Assembly: GCA_040285825.1 (NCBI GenBank)
Contig: JAUPSS010000001.1
Span: forward strand, 1,054,001-1,118,000
From: Eukaryota sp. TZLM1-RC
Lineage: Eukaryota; Protista; Metamonada: BaSk clade
Length of the DNA: 64,000 bases
Direction: 5' to 3'
Part shown: positions 20,701 to 33,385 of the stretch, piece after piece
How positions within the stretch are numbered: the first letter of the stretch is position 1
How the letters are laid out: each line of letters begins with the position of its first letter
Notes under the pieces: generated by a model
Told to the model about the DNA's origin: nothing
The model's database searches: none
The model's input: the letters and a program-made list of their open reading frames with translations, nothing else
Position numbers and translations under genes: made by a program

Positions 20701-21846
20701 CTTCATTTAACTGATACTTCTGAAATAATTTTTTACCACATAAAACAGGACGTTCATTGGGAAAAGGTTTTGCAGCTTGACCATTCTACTTCACGTATTC
20801 TCAAAACTGATGGAGACCTTAAAATAGATGAGTTTGATCAAGAAGATGGTACTACTGAAATTGGTGATGTTGGTGGAGATTTGATAATTGATGATTTAGA
20901 AGTAGGTGGTGATTTCAAAGTAGGCGATGTTTATGGCAATTTTGATATAGGCATCATTGATTTAGTTGGAAATGGTAAGATTGAGCTTCCGACTGCTGGT
21001 GGCTCTGTGACAATTCGTAATGACTTGGATATTGGTGAAGGGCAGATTATTATTTTTCCCGAAATTAATGATGATTTTATCATAGACGGTGATGTCAATT
21101 GCAATGGTGGCAGCTTCATTATAGATAGAGTTGCACAGCAATTTAGAGTGAATGCCTTAAACTTGGTCAATTGTCATTTGGAAATCAAGAGAATCGATGG
21201 TAATTTCAACGTTTTGGAAACTATTCATGAAACTAATTCTGTTTTAATTCTTGGTGATAATCGTGGCACTTCGACTGTTTTTGGTACTTTCACGTTAGTT
21301 TCAGGTAGTTCATTTGTCATTAATGGACATAATGTCAATTTCAATGCCAAACTACTTATTCAATCAACTTCAACCTTTGAGGTTCAATCTTTGACTAGTA
21401 ACATGTTTGTTCAAGACATTGAATTGAATTCTGGAAGTTCAGGTAGAGCACAATTTTCCAATATTGATGGAACTCTTACCCTTCGAAATATTGATATTCG
21501 ATCTGGTTCATTTGATATTAATAATGTTAATACTTTAACTATACCAAGTTCCAGAACCTTTAGAAACCGTGGAGGTTCTGCTTCATTGTCAGTTGGTACG
21601 TTTAATCTAAATAGTGCTACATTTACTCACACTTCTGGCACAACTACTATTTTAAATGGTGAAATTAATACGAATTCTGCTACTCTTTTTTCAGTTTCTG
21701 GAGGTACTTGCTCACTCCAGTGTCCTTCTTCGCCACGTCACCTTGACTCAGCAACAGTGACTGGTGGTAGATTGAACTTTTGCAATAATAATGCTTATAC
21801 TGTGCGTAAATTACATTGGACTGGGGGTAGTATTTACGCTAATGAC
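17713..21846. repeat. Right arm of the ~4.2 kb inverted duplication, beginning in a family-B tail (17713..17797)
   Basis: Reverse complement of 9727..13968. Confidence 0.95.
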
Positions 21847-23420
21847 TTGTCCATTTTTGACAATCACGAGCTTAGCTCTGCTGATGTTGATATTATTTCC
21901 GATTCTAAATTTAACTTTGAATCACCAGTTATTGTCAGTGGATCACAGCTATAAGTACTGGTTCCAATGTAAAACTTCATTTTAAAAGTACTTTAACTGT
22001 TAATTCTGATTTCACAATATCTGAAATAAATTCTGAACTGATTATTGATGGATTAGCAGAATTTAATTCAAACTCTAATCTCGCAACAACACTCCAGACG
22101 AAAAATAATATTACAATTAATGCTAATGTACATGCTTTTAAATTCCAACCGCAACATCATTTTAATATTGTTAGCGGTAGTGAAGTTAGATCATCAAATG
22201 ATTTAGTTATAGCTTCTGGTAAGTACTATTTTGGTTCTGGAACTATTAAAAGTAGAACAGTAATTAATGGCCACTTAAAACCTCTGAATTTAATTAGATT
22301 TGAAGGAAATCTTCAGTTTGGGTTTAGCTCGATTTTCCACACTTTTCTTTACTCTTCTTCTGCATTTACTAGGGTAGAATGTACTGGTTCTGTTTCATTG
22401 TCAGGTACCCTTGTTATTGATTTTGTCAGGCAAGATTACAATTCTGGAATTTCTTTTGATTTACTGGTTTATTCTTCAAGATCTGGTTCATTTAATAGAG
22501 AACATATTTGTGATTCATTTATCGATCTTCATTATCATTCAAGTAAAATGGAGCTGGTACTGATCTCTGATTTTCAACAAGGCGTGTCTTATATCAGTGA
22601 AAATGGAATTGACGACGTTTGTTGTGGTGTCTTTGAACGACCTTGCAGAACCATGGCTGAAATTGAAAGCCGAATGGGAAAAACAGGAGTTGTCAATGTA
22701 TTTGCTGGTTCTCTTCAAGGATCTAATGTTGCTTTTTCCTTTAATGGTCATGATTGGCAAATTAAAAGGACTGGTTCTGGAACTGTTGAATTAATCTGTG
22801 ACAGTAATAGTGATTTGTTTAAAATACGAAATTCCATCATTATTTTCCAGAGATGTGATGGACCAGAGGGTAATTATTCCTTGGTTGTTGAGACCAAAGG
22901 TCTTGAGTCTGCAGTAATCTATTTGACAATCAGCAGTAAAGCTCACGATGGAATTGATAGAAGTCGATTAAATTTGAGTTGGTACAAAACCTACATTCTG
23001 AGTGGTTTGGCGTTACTTTTAATCATATGTGGTTTGTTTATGTATAGATTAAGGCGAAAACAACAAGACACTGTTGATAAGTTCCATAATACCATATCAA
23101 ACCCACAGACATTTTCATTGGTACCAATGTTCTCCAAGCCTGCGTCCCAATTGCCAACTTTGCCGAGTTGGAACCAAGACGAAGCTAATAGTTGTCATAA
23201 TGGGGTTTTATTTGGAGTTGGTGTAAAGTCTAATGATGAGCCAAAGTCAATCATCAAAAAATCAGTTGACGTCTTTACACGTTCTTTGATTGAACGCCAC
23301 TTTCCCGGTTTACCCAATGAAACAGTACCAAATGTACCACCAGATTTGCTGCCTGCTGTGAGAAAGCAACATAGTAGAGTATTTCAAGCAAGATTGATTA
23401 ATTATTTAGATGAATTTTAA
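18537..23420 (+). pseudogene. Disrupted chimeric paralog of the giant surface protein
   Basis: The N-terminus is almost identical to 13146(-). Lesions are TAT>TAG at 19383-19385, GGA>TGA near 19452, a 4-nt insertion near 19909 and a frameshift near 21950. After 21846 the sequence is only a diverged paralog, and from ~22850 it has an unrelated TM segment and tail. Confidence 0.85.
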
Positions 23421-25009
23421 CCACTGATTGTATTTGTCGATGACGAGTAATTTTTGATGATTTATGTATTTTTTATTCCATTGTAAGTTGGCTTATTGCC
23501 TAATGTCATTTTAGATGATGAATTACCTCTTTCTATCAGAAATTCAGTTGGAATGAAACATGCAAAGACACATTGTGTAGGTGAGGCTTGAAGTAGTCAT
23601 GTCTCAGCGGCTGAAGTTATAATATCTTTATAAATTGATATTGATATTGATGAAAATATAGAAAGAACAAATCATATTCATTTTTAATTATTTAATTTTA
23701 AAATTACAATTATTGAGAACATCAAAAAAGCAAGCAATTGAATTGCATCACATTAGTTGCAAATAATCATTGTTAAAAATTAAAGTCTATATTGATTTAA
23801 TTGAATTTAATTGTTGAGTATTGGTTCAAAATGGTATTTGAAAGAAGTACAATAAAAAATAGACTTAAGGAAATCTTTATATTTTGTAACAAAATAGTTT
23901 AATCAATCTCTCTAGTCAATTAAAGTCAATCGATCACGAGATGTGGTTGATTAAAAGTTCTGTAAAGTCGTGGTCAAGTGAACAAATTTTCACTGCCGAA
24001 GAGGTCGAAAATGTGTTAACTTTGTTAGAAGTCATGGATTCCTTTTGACAAACCCAATTCATGCAATTGTTTCAAAGAAAGATTCAAATAGAAATCCAAA
24101 TTGGTTGGTGGAAACAATTGATCTTACCAACCATAAAATTGGATAACAATAAGGTCAAAATTTGACAATATCAAACTGTCCCATTTCAACCAGATTTGAA
24201 TTCTCAGAATATTGAACAATAATCAGAACAAGAAACAAGGTAACTTCAAACAAAATACACAGATTTTTGACTTGCAACAAAAATTTAAGACTATACAAAT
24301 TTCTAAACAACGACATCACATGATTGTTTGACTTTAATTGACCAGACAGATTGATTAAAGTATTTTGATATAGCATCAAAAAAGATGTAAGCTAGGATGA
24401 AAAAAAAAGAATCACGCTATTAAAGGTGTATAAGGCAGTAGGAGCAAACATGGTGGTACTTCCTAATTAGTAAATAGTGATTGCCTTATGGAGCATTCCT
24501 CATAACATTCAAAATTAACGAGATGTGGACAATGGAACACAACTCCTTGCTATTTGACGACATTAAATAACTCAGACATGCAAAAACAAAAGAGAGAAGT
24601 TGGCAATAGAGACCAGTAATCCGTGGAGTATCATCTGGCAGCATCCACAATAATTCCATTTGCTTTAGGGAATCGTACTTGATGGGCAGGCGAGATAAAT
24701 AAATCAGTCTTCTCGAACGACCAACCTAGTCAGGGTAAACAGAGTGAATCAATGGAGGGGAAATTCATTATTTGTTGGCAGAGATTATCTGTCGTCATTG
24801 GAATCCATTGGCAAAACAGTGGTTGAGATATGGATGCATTCATTCGATTGTGCCCAATTCAGTGTTCAGCAATCTTCAGTAACCCTACTCCGAGAGTAAG
24901 ATTCACAAGTAGATGAGTAGTTCAGCAATGTGGATGTTGTTGCCAATGTAACGTTATTTTATTATTGTGATTTATATAATTTATTGAATTTGCACACTAA
25001 TAAATAAAA

Positions 25010-25933
25010 ATATGTATGAAAAAGATCTTTATAATAATATTTGCAGCTCGGCTGTTTTAAATCAAGATCTTCACTCATTGTTATTGGAAAAGGGTGTTTG
25101 TGAAAACAAGGCGTCAGATTCTTCACTTTTTGTAACCATTGTACCACGAAGATTTGGATTGTGTGCCACTAATGAAGCATTTGTAACAAAAATGAGATTA
25201 TATTTGAACATCCCCATTAACCAATTATTATCAAAAGAAAAATGTATTTGTTCGAATTCACCTCAACTCACTTTGCGCCATGCTCTAAATTGCTCTAAAT
25301 TGATAACTTATCGTTCTTCATTACATGATGCTGTTAGAGACACTGTTTTCAATATGGTACAAACTGCAAGGATATCGTGTATCAAGGAGCCCCTGCTGAA
25401 AGAAACACTTTCTCTGAATAATTTTGGTTCTGATGATAGAGGTGATGTATACTGTGATTGGATTGATAATTCTGAAGCTATTCTTGACTTTGTCTCATGT
25501 AATGTTGCAAACGATACTTTGGTTCACAGAAGAAAACTTAATCCTGTGGCTGCTCTGGATTTTAAAGCAAAAGAAAAACATAGAAAATATGATAAAGAAA
25601 TTGAAGATGCAAATGTCGATAAAAATACACAGCTGGTTTTTATTGCTTTCCCATTTTCGATAAATGGAAGATTATCAGTTGAAGCAGAAACTTTTTTGGA
25701 TGACTTCCAAAAAATGGTGAAAGAAAAAACAATGAAAAGATTTGATATTTTTTTATGGCGTTCACGGATTCAATTTGCCATTATTAATAGATTACCGCGG
25801 TTTTTCAATCGAATTAGAGAAGCTTTAGCTAGACAGCAAGCAAATCAAGATTTTGTAGAGGAAATCTTGGTTTAATGATAGTCGTCCCATTAGTTATGAT
25901 TTAATTTAATCAAGTGTGCAAATTCAATAAATA
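25010..25933 (+). mobile_element. Family D RLE non-LTR retrotransposon, 5'-truncated (intact C-terminal ORF 25012..25875)
   Basis: CICSN...HALNC Zn knuckle, HDAVRD, RGD...LDF and K..KY endonuclease motifs; 3' end ...gtgtgcaaattcaataaata. Confidence 0.88.
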
Positions 25934-25944
25934 CGAAAAATTAA

Positions 25945-26700
25945 CGAGTCTACTATAATTATTCAGCGATGTTTTTAGTGAAACTCCTAATAGAAAAGGA
26001 ATCGATTGTAATCCTCTAACAATCCCCTTTAGAGATGAGAATGCTATAGTACATAAGCCTGCAAGACGGTTAAATCCCAGCAAAATGGAAATAGCAAACA
26101 AAATATTTGATGAACTAATCGAAATGGGTTATGCAGTTGAATCTAATTATAAATTCAGCTCTCCTATTGTCTTATATATATATCCTGACGGCAAGAAACC
26201 AAGGTTAACTGGAGACTTTAGTGGTAAAGATGGAGTCAATGCCCACACGATTTCAGTAGAGCCTAATCTACCTGGGATTAGTAACATTTTAGAATTTTTG
26301 AGTAGAGCAAATTACATCGCCACGCTTGATTTACCAAAAGCTTTCTGGCAGATGAATGTAGCTGATAAGGATACTGAGAAAACATCAATCTCAATTCTTG
26401 GAAGGTCAATCATGTTTAAAAGAGCTTGCTTCGGATTAAAGAACATCCCAGCAGTTTTTCAAAACGTAATGATGGAAATTTTCCAAAAAGACGGCGTTTT
26501 CATATACATTGACGATATCATAATAGTTGGAACGACATTCGAAGAATTTTATAAGAGATTACAAAGAGTCCTCCAATGCGCCAGAAATAGACGTGTAAAT
26601 ATAGGCTCACGTAAATGTAAATTCGTAACATCAAAACACCCTATCGACATTTTAGGAAGTACCTTCCAGGATAAAACTAGATTTATAAGTAAGAAAAAAA
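25945..26700 (+). mobile_element. Ty3/Gypsy LTR-retrotransposon reverse transcriptase fragment
   Basis: SSPIV..PDGKKPRLTGDF, TLDLPKAFWQ, FGLKNIPAVFQ and YIDDIII. No LTR, RNase H or integrase is visible; the fragment is cut off where the Fanzor fragment starts. Confidence 0.88.
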
Positions 26701-27410
26701 TCGGAATGTTTCAACTGTTTTCTCCGCTTTCTTACAGTTGCAATAACCACAACTGGTTCGAAACTCATCAATCAAGGAGACCTTATAACCAGCCTTTTTA
26801 AATAGAATTCTCAAACCATTCCTTTGGTAAGCTCTCTGAATTTCATGTGTTTTCGTTGTTCCCAGTCTTCGATTCCAATAACTACTTGGCTGGGATCACC
26901 AATTACTGATTTGAATCTCTGGATCATCATCGCCTCAGATCTTGTGCGATTGATCTCAGCCCACCATTTTAGTTTCCTGAATATTTTTTGATGATAGACT
27001 TGACCAACAATACTATTTACAAAATTCTTTTGTTTAATATACTTCATAAATCTATCAAATCTGCAGTATTTGGAATTGAATTGGAATAAAGTTGCTTCTC
27101 ATTCTGCTACAGATTTAGTCGTGTGATCATTATTTCCCAAATTGAATGAGTAATCAATTTTGTGGTAATATTGATTTCTTGAGGTACTTCACCTCTTAAT
27201 AAACTATCAGCCATCCTTCGTTGTTGTTCTTCAGATGGTTCATAATTGGTTAGATCAATCTCTCTACCAGTAGAATTTCTTATTGTGATAAGGGTGTCAG
27301 CTTTCGGGTTCGTGCCCCAGACACGACCAGCAAATTCATATATGTTGTGTTTTCTTGAAGGATTTATAAAATGTTTATTAATCAAAAAAAATGAAGAATT
27401 CATCATTCAA
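26701..27410 (-). pseudogene. Fanzor1 (eukaryotic TnpB-like) nuclease fragment, copy 1
   Basis: Frameshifted pieces join to FRKLKWWAEINRTRSEAMMIQRFKSVIGDPSQVVIGIEDWEQRKHMKF...KG.RILFKKAGYKVSLIDEFRTSCGYCNC (RuvC-II Glu plus first Zn-finger cysteines). Confidence 0.8.
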
Positions 27411-28524
27411 TTGATCATCTTGCACTTCGTGCTCTGGGAACCCTTCAACAACAACCTCTGTGTTTAGGGAAGTATCGTCTTCGCTGGTCATAGTTCTACT
27501 AGTTGAGCTGCAGTCAGATGTTGAACAAAAAGCACACTTGAGGAGAATTGGCTCAAACTGAGGAAAAATTCAACAATTGTTATTTTTTCATGTTCCCACT
27601 TTAATTGACAATCTAGATCAGATCTTTCCCATTTCTTTCGCAACCCATTAACTATTATAACCTAACTTGAACTGAATCACATACCATGAAGTGTAACCTT
27701 TATTCACATGGCCTCGAGTACCAACCTTTCCGGTTTTTTCCGGAACTGCTTTACTTCAGACTTTCACATTCACAAAACAGCAAATCTCCGTCCATCTAAC
27801 GACTGCTCTGTACTATTCATATCTAGATATATCGTTTGTGGCTCTTCTCTTTCAATACCATATCACTGACTCTTCTTACATTTCTCAATCTCTTTCATCC
27901 GGTTTATGGCATGGAGCAACCTTGTGGTTAACCCCTGATTTATAGCTCTTTGTAACTACATTATACCATGCCCATTATTTGGTTACTTTTGTTTCATCCT
28001 CATCTAAGATAATATGTGTACATCATTTATTTGTGTTTAATTGTTTTTGTTTTAATTAATAAATCAATTATTTTGTCAGAACAATTGAACAACATCAAAT
28101 TCTTATTCTTCCTTATTACTCCATAATAGAAGCTTGGTTGTTATACACAATTTAAAGAATTTATTTATTTTATTAGTTTATTAATTCTGTATTTTATATC
28201 ACTTCGTTGATACCTCCTTTGTGGGTTTGTTTCTTAAACTAGGGTAAACAAGCCAAACACTTCTAGTATAGGAAGATTTATGTTGTTTAGTTATTTTTAG
28301 CAAAACTGTTGAGGTTCTTCTTGTTTATTTTCAGTTTTTAGTTGTTTTTAGTTGTTGTTTTATTTAATTTGTTAAATTTATTTCCAATATTTCAATTTTT
28401 CTTCCTGAAGAACAAACTGTTCAATGTACCGAATAACAAAAATGATAGTAAAGTTTGAATGTAGTTAAACAACAAAAATTTCATTTGACTACTGAAAATT
28501 TCATTTTATTGGTGTATGCCCTGT
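27411..28524 (-). repeat. Inverted copy of the upstream region and first ~27 codons of the RCC1-repeat gene (55382..56481)
   Basis: Near-identical reverse complement over ~1.1 kb. Confidence 0.93.
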
Positions 28525-29530
28525 ATTTATTGAATTTGCACACTTAATTAAATCAACTCATAACTAATGGGACGACTATCATTGAACCAAGATTTCCTCT
28601 ACAAAATCTTGATCTGCTTGCTGTCTAGCTAAAGCTTCTCTTATTCGATTGAAAAACCGTGGTAATCTATTAATAATGGCAAATTGAATCCGTGAACGCC
28701 ATAAAAAAATATCAAATTTTTTCATTGTTTTTTCTTGCACCATTTTTGGAAGTCATCCAAAAAAGTTTCTGCTTCAAATGATAATCTTCCATTTATCGAA
28801 AATGGGAAAGCAATAAAAACCAGCTGTGTATTTCTATCGACATTTGCCTCTTCAATAACTTTATCATATTTTCTATGTCTCTCTTTTGCTTTAAAATCCA
28901 GAGCAGCCACCGGATTAAGTTTTCTTCTGTGAACCAAAGTATCATTTGCAACATTACATGAGACAAAGTCAACAATAGCTTCAGAATTATCAATCCAATC
29001 ACAGTATACATCACCTTTATCATCAGAACCAAAATTATTCATAGAAAGTGTTTCCTTCAGCAGGGGCTCTTTGATACACGATATCCTTGCAGTTTTTGCC
29101 ACATTGAAAACAGTGTCTCTAACAGCATCATGTAATGAAGAACGATAAGTTATCAATTTAGAACAATTCAGAGCATGGCTCAAAAGTGAGTTGAGGTGAA
29201 TTCGAACAAATACATTTTTCTTTTGATAATAATTGATTAATGGGGATGTTCAAATATAATCTCATTTTTGTTACAAATGTTTCATTAGTGGCACACAATC
29301 CAAATCTTCGTGGTACAATAGTTACAAAAAGTGAAGAATCTGATGACTTATTTTCACAAACACCCTTTTCCAATAACAATGATTGAAGATCTTGATTTAA
29401 AACAGCCGAGCTGTATATATTGTTATAAAGATCTTTTTCATACATTCCAGTCAATCGTTTCTGTAATGTTCGAAGAGTGTACTTCAAATTTAAAACATTG
29501 TTTTCTGGAATATTGCCATTGAATGATTTC
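28525..29530 (-). mobile_element. Family D RLE non-LTR retrotransposon, 5'-truncated and frameshifted
   Basis: ORFs 29158..29487 and 28722..29183 are near-identical to 25012..25875, with the same 3' UTR. Confidence 0.9.
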
Positions 29531-29934
29531 CAATAAAATTCAAAAGTGCCACGTCATCATGTCTTAAGTCATTTCATAAACCCACAATTTGCGTTTTGTA
29601 ACTGATATGCTACAAAAACTTACATGTTTTGTGATGAACACCTTGTCAATCTGTTGTTTGACCTGTTTGATCTTTCGCCATTAATCAACTGTCTCACACA
29701 CTGAGTTTATGAAGCAACTCCTACCTAGAAAGTAGCACCGTTGGCTCCGTAATAGCACACCTCCTGACCGTTAGCACGTACTATTCGCTCCACTGCTCGG
29801 CATTCATCCAATTGAATAGACATCACCATCAAGGGCTCTAATTAGACCTTATTTTGGAGACAAAAGAGTGTTGGAATCATCTAAACCACAGCACATACCC
29901 AGCCCTGGGATGTTTCCCTTGAATTTCGCCATTA

Positions 29935-30170
29935 TTATCTGTGCACCCAAAGTCCGAAAAATGGCTCAAACAAAATTACTACAAGGGCACTAATATCTTC
30001 ATTTTGGCATATCCCTTCGTAATTTAACGAATCCAAAGAGGCATACTTTGGAGTGAACGCCATTGTTGAGTTATTGGCATCCCCTTTACGAGATAATGCT
30101 CTCGAAGTACCAAAATCAGATAGCTTCACTTTGCAATTTTGTAGGAGGTAATTTGAGGGTGTGTGAGGTC
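29935..30170 (-). pseudogene. Protein kinase fragment related to the 47299 kinase family
   Basis: PSNYLL...VKLSDFGTSR...MAFTPKYA (subdomains VIb-VIII), lacking the N-lobe. Confidence 0.65.
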
Positions 30171-30988
30171 ATTTGGGAATTTTAAGTGATTTTGATGGGC
30201 TTTTTATCACAAAACATGTAAGTTTTAATTTAACAACTGTTTCGTTTTGTTTTTAATTTCAGGTTTTTTTTCAAATTTTGGGTTGGTATTGAATTAGGTT
30301 TATGTGGTGTTAGGTTTTTTAAATACATTATTATTATTATTTCTGGCATGAATGTATTTACAAATGATTTACTTTGAGCTTTTAGTTTTTCTTTAACCCA
30401 TTATTATCCATTAACCAATTCTTGATCTCTTTCTCTTAAATTTAAACTTCATTGTATTTTTAGTAGCTTTTTCAGTTATACTGATTTGTACATGTCAACT
30501 ACATTTCAAACAGAATCATTGATCGACAGTCAATTTCAGTCAGACCTTAATCAATATCGGTAATTCAAAGACTTGGACCAAGGATCTCATCTTTTTATCA
30601 GTATCTCCAAAGATTTCGCATGGACCTAAACAATTCAATCAATAAAACTGATTGTCTTTATTTATAATAAAGATATTTACTTTCCGATCAATATCTTACA
30701 CTGGATAACCTACTTTCATGTAAACAGTCATCAGTAGTGCGGCCTCGAAACAGCAAAGAATCCATGACCTGTTGACGAGTCATTGATTCAATAGCCGTCA
30801 TTAGAACAGATTTAACTCTTTTAATTATTTCAAACTTCAGTTTGAGCAAACATCTCCCTTGTGATTTTGGAAGGATAATAGCCTTTTGATACATGAGGTT
30901 TCCAATAAATTTTGGTGGACCTACAATAAAACTACTCATTTTTCTATAAAAGTTCAAAAGCCAACACCAACTTACCACACTCTCAATC

Positions 30989-32875
30989 ATGTTTCATGAT
31001 CTAGACCGTCTTGCTGACGAACTAGAAGCGTCACACCATCAACCCAAGCCACTTTCTCTCGTAGATTCTCTTGCCCAGATTTCCACAGTTCCCAGTCAAT
31101 CTTCATTTTCTGGGCCTGCAACTGACTCACCTTCCTCTCCTTATCTTAATAGCCGTCCTCCATCGTATTCTTTTTCCTACTCAAATTTCCATAGTGACTC
31201 TGATGGTGATCCTATTCTCAGACTTTGTATGGATGAAAAAGACGATGACGTGGCAAGTGATGATGTGGTAAGTGGAGAAATTGGTCACTTTGTAAATGAT
31301 GAAGAAGGATCTCATTATAGACCATTAAGTTTTAGTGATAATTCTACTGCTGAGGTGGCGGTGAGTCATGATGACGTGTCAGGAAAAGATCAAAATAATT
31401 ATGAACCTTTGAGTCATGATGACGTGTCAGGAAAAGATCAAAATAATTATGAACCTTTGAGTCATGATGACGTGTCAGGAAAAGATCAAAATAATTATGA
31501 ACCTTTGAGTCATGATGATGTGTCAGGAAAAGATCAAAATAATTATGAACCTTTGAGTCATGATGATGTGACCATTGAAAATTTTTCCATTTTGGGAGCA
31601 AATCCTAAATCATCATATCATTCTTCGTTTCATGATTTCCAACCAAAAGGTCAAAATTCAGTGACATGTGACCCCTTAGTTCGAGAATTTTCCAGACCAA
31701 GTGCCAGTGATCCTGACTCGTCATCGATCACAATCATACGTGACCTTCAATCAGAAAATGATTGTTTAAAAAAGAAGGTTTTTGAACTGCAAACTCAACT
31801 TGACTTGCTGAAGGATTATTCTCCAAAAGGGATCATTAGCTCAATGATGCGAAATATTCCAGTCTCTTTACACCATTTGACAACTTCACATCAAAAATTT
31901 GAAATTTTGAAAGAGTCACTTAATAGAGCTCAATTGGGATCATGGCAGGGTCGAGATTGTTTACATTTAGTTTTATTTCATTTGTCAAATACTCTTGAAT
32001 TTTGGTGGTTTTCGCGATTATTGAAAGCTGTGCCTGAAGCAAAAATTTACTGGTTTGATTATTTAAAATTTTCAAGAAATTTTCAGGAGTTGTCGAAATT
32101 GAGCTCTTCTACAGAGGACACTTTGACTTATATTGACTCTACTTTTTTGTATATTCAATCGCTGAAATCAATTAATAAAAGAGTTGCTGAACTTCAAAAA
32201 TTGGGATCATTTGTCGATCAGACGTTGCATGATGAAAATTTCAGGGACTCTGATCATTTAAGATTGATGAGCTCTTCTCTGAGACTCTATATAACCCACC
32301 AAAGACTAGCCGAAACTACAATTTTGAAGTATTCAAAGAAGAAAAAAGAAGAGGGAAAATCAAATGAAGCTCCAGTAGAAATTGTTTACAGTCCAACCAA
32401 ATTATTACTATTTCTTCTTCAAAATCCTTCCTTGAAAATAATCGAAACAATTCATTTCAAAAATTCATTTGGAATTTCAGACCGGTTATTTGATTTTCAA
32501 ATATTAAAAAATTCCTTAAGAAATAATGATGTGGAAGGTTGCAAAAAACTAATTCATTCACGATTATTTCGTTCGCCAACGTGCTCGATTGGCTTTGAAC
32601 CTTTAATTACAATGATGTTTGAAAGAAAATTGTCTCTTTTGGGCGTGATGTCTCACATAGAGCTCATTCCAAATATTTCAGATCGTGCACACGTGGCGTG
32701 TGTTGTCAAAAATTTCGATTTAGCACTCAAGATTGCTGCAAGTTCTAGAGATTTGTCAATATTTGAGTTTGTGTGTGAAGCTATCAATAGGGAAAAAATG
32801 ACCACCTCAAAAAGGGATCACTTTGAAAATTTGATGAAAAATGTACAAAGTGAAACAAAGTGGAAACGAAGTTGA
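30989..32875 (+). CDS. Vps16 C-terminal-like protein, most similar in pattern to VIPAS39/SPE-39
   Basis: DCLHLVLFHLSNTL...PEA...YLK and FGISDRLF...SIGFEPLI follow the Vps16_C pattern. The N-terminus is disordered rather than a propeller, and the C-terminus (KWKRS) resembles VIPAS39. Confidence 0.6.
   Translation: MFHDLDRLADELEASHHQPKPLSLVDSLAQISTVPSQSSFSGPATDSPSSPYLNSRPPSYSFSYSNFHSDSDGDPILRLCMDEKDDDVASDDVVSGEIGHFVNDEEGSHYRPLSFSDNSTAEVAVSHDDVSGKDQNNYEPLSHDDVSGKDQNNYEPLSHDDVSGKDQNNYEPLSHDDVSGKDQNNYEPLSHDDVTIENFSILGANPKSSYHSSFHDFQPKGQNSVTCDPLVREFSRPSASDPDSSSITIIRDLQSENDCLKKKVFELQTQLDLLKDYSPKGIISSMMRNIPVSLHHLTTSHQKFEILKESLNRAQLGSWQGRDCLHLVLFHLSNTLEFWWFSRLLKAVPEAKIYWFDYLKFSRNFQELSKLSSSTEDTLTYIDSTFLYIQSLKSINKRVAELQKLGSFVDQTLHDENFRDSDHLRLMSSSLRLYITHQRLAETTILKYSKKKKEEGKSNEAPVEIVYSPTKLLLFLLQNPSLKIIETIHFKNSFGISDRLFDFQILKNSLRNNDVEGCKKLIHSRLFRSPTCSIGFEPLITMMFERKLSLLGVMSHIELIPNISDRAHVACVVKNFDLALKIAASSRDLSIFEFVCEAINREKMTTSKRDHFENLMKNVQSETKWKRS
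31362..31570 (+). repeat. In-frame 48-bp tandem repeat, ~4.3 copies (SHDDVSGKDQNNYEPL)
   Basis: Unit tgagtcatgatgacgtgtcaggaaaagatcaaaataattatgaacctt repeated almost perfectly. Confidence 0.97.
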
Positions 32876-33385
32876 TTGCTTTTGATTGCTTTTGATTGCT
32901 TTTGTTTTTAATGTAAATACAAATATTCTATCCCACTACTTTTTGTGTTCGCAATTGCGCATTTAATTAATTGTATATTTTAGTATATTTGATAAAACTA
33001 CCTTTTCGTTATTGTACGTTTTAAAAATTATTGTGAAATTTATTTCTGATTCGCTATCTTCTTTTTGGTTGATGCTGGAGAGGTAGGATTTGAGGATATG
33101 GAGGTTCATGTGGATATTGTGGATATATACTTCATAATTAGGATATAAATATAACATCTAGCTTCACTTGTCTATTTGTTGTTCTTTAAACGTTATTGGC
33201 CACATATCGTCATTATTATGAAAGTCTATTCTCTATTTTCAACAATCAATTGTTGTTTTGTGGAAAGAGTAAAGTGTTATATTATAGAAAGAAAAAATTG
33301 ATGCATGTTTTAATATGAGAAAAAATAAACTAACATTTGATTTTCCTCAAATGTTCGGCAACCAGTTTCCTTCAACAGTTTCCTT

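Noticed and set aside
25945-27410. Gypsy element carrying Fanzor as cargo
   Set aside because: Opposite strands, both truncated at the junction, and the second Fanzor copy has no Gypsy sequence upstream.
31362-31570. 48-bp repeats as a CRISPR array
   Set aside because: Head-to-tail units with no unique spacers, in frame within a CDS, and no cas genes.
32874-32905. (TTGATTGCTT)x3 and similar short tandem repeats near 15650, 16500 and 44070
   Set aside because: Ordinary slippage repeats with no further structure.
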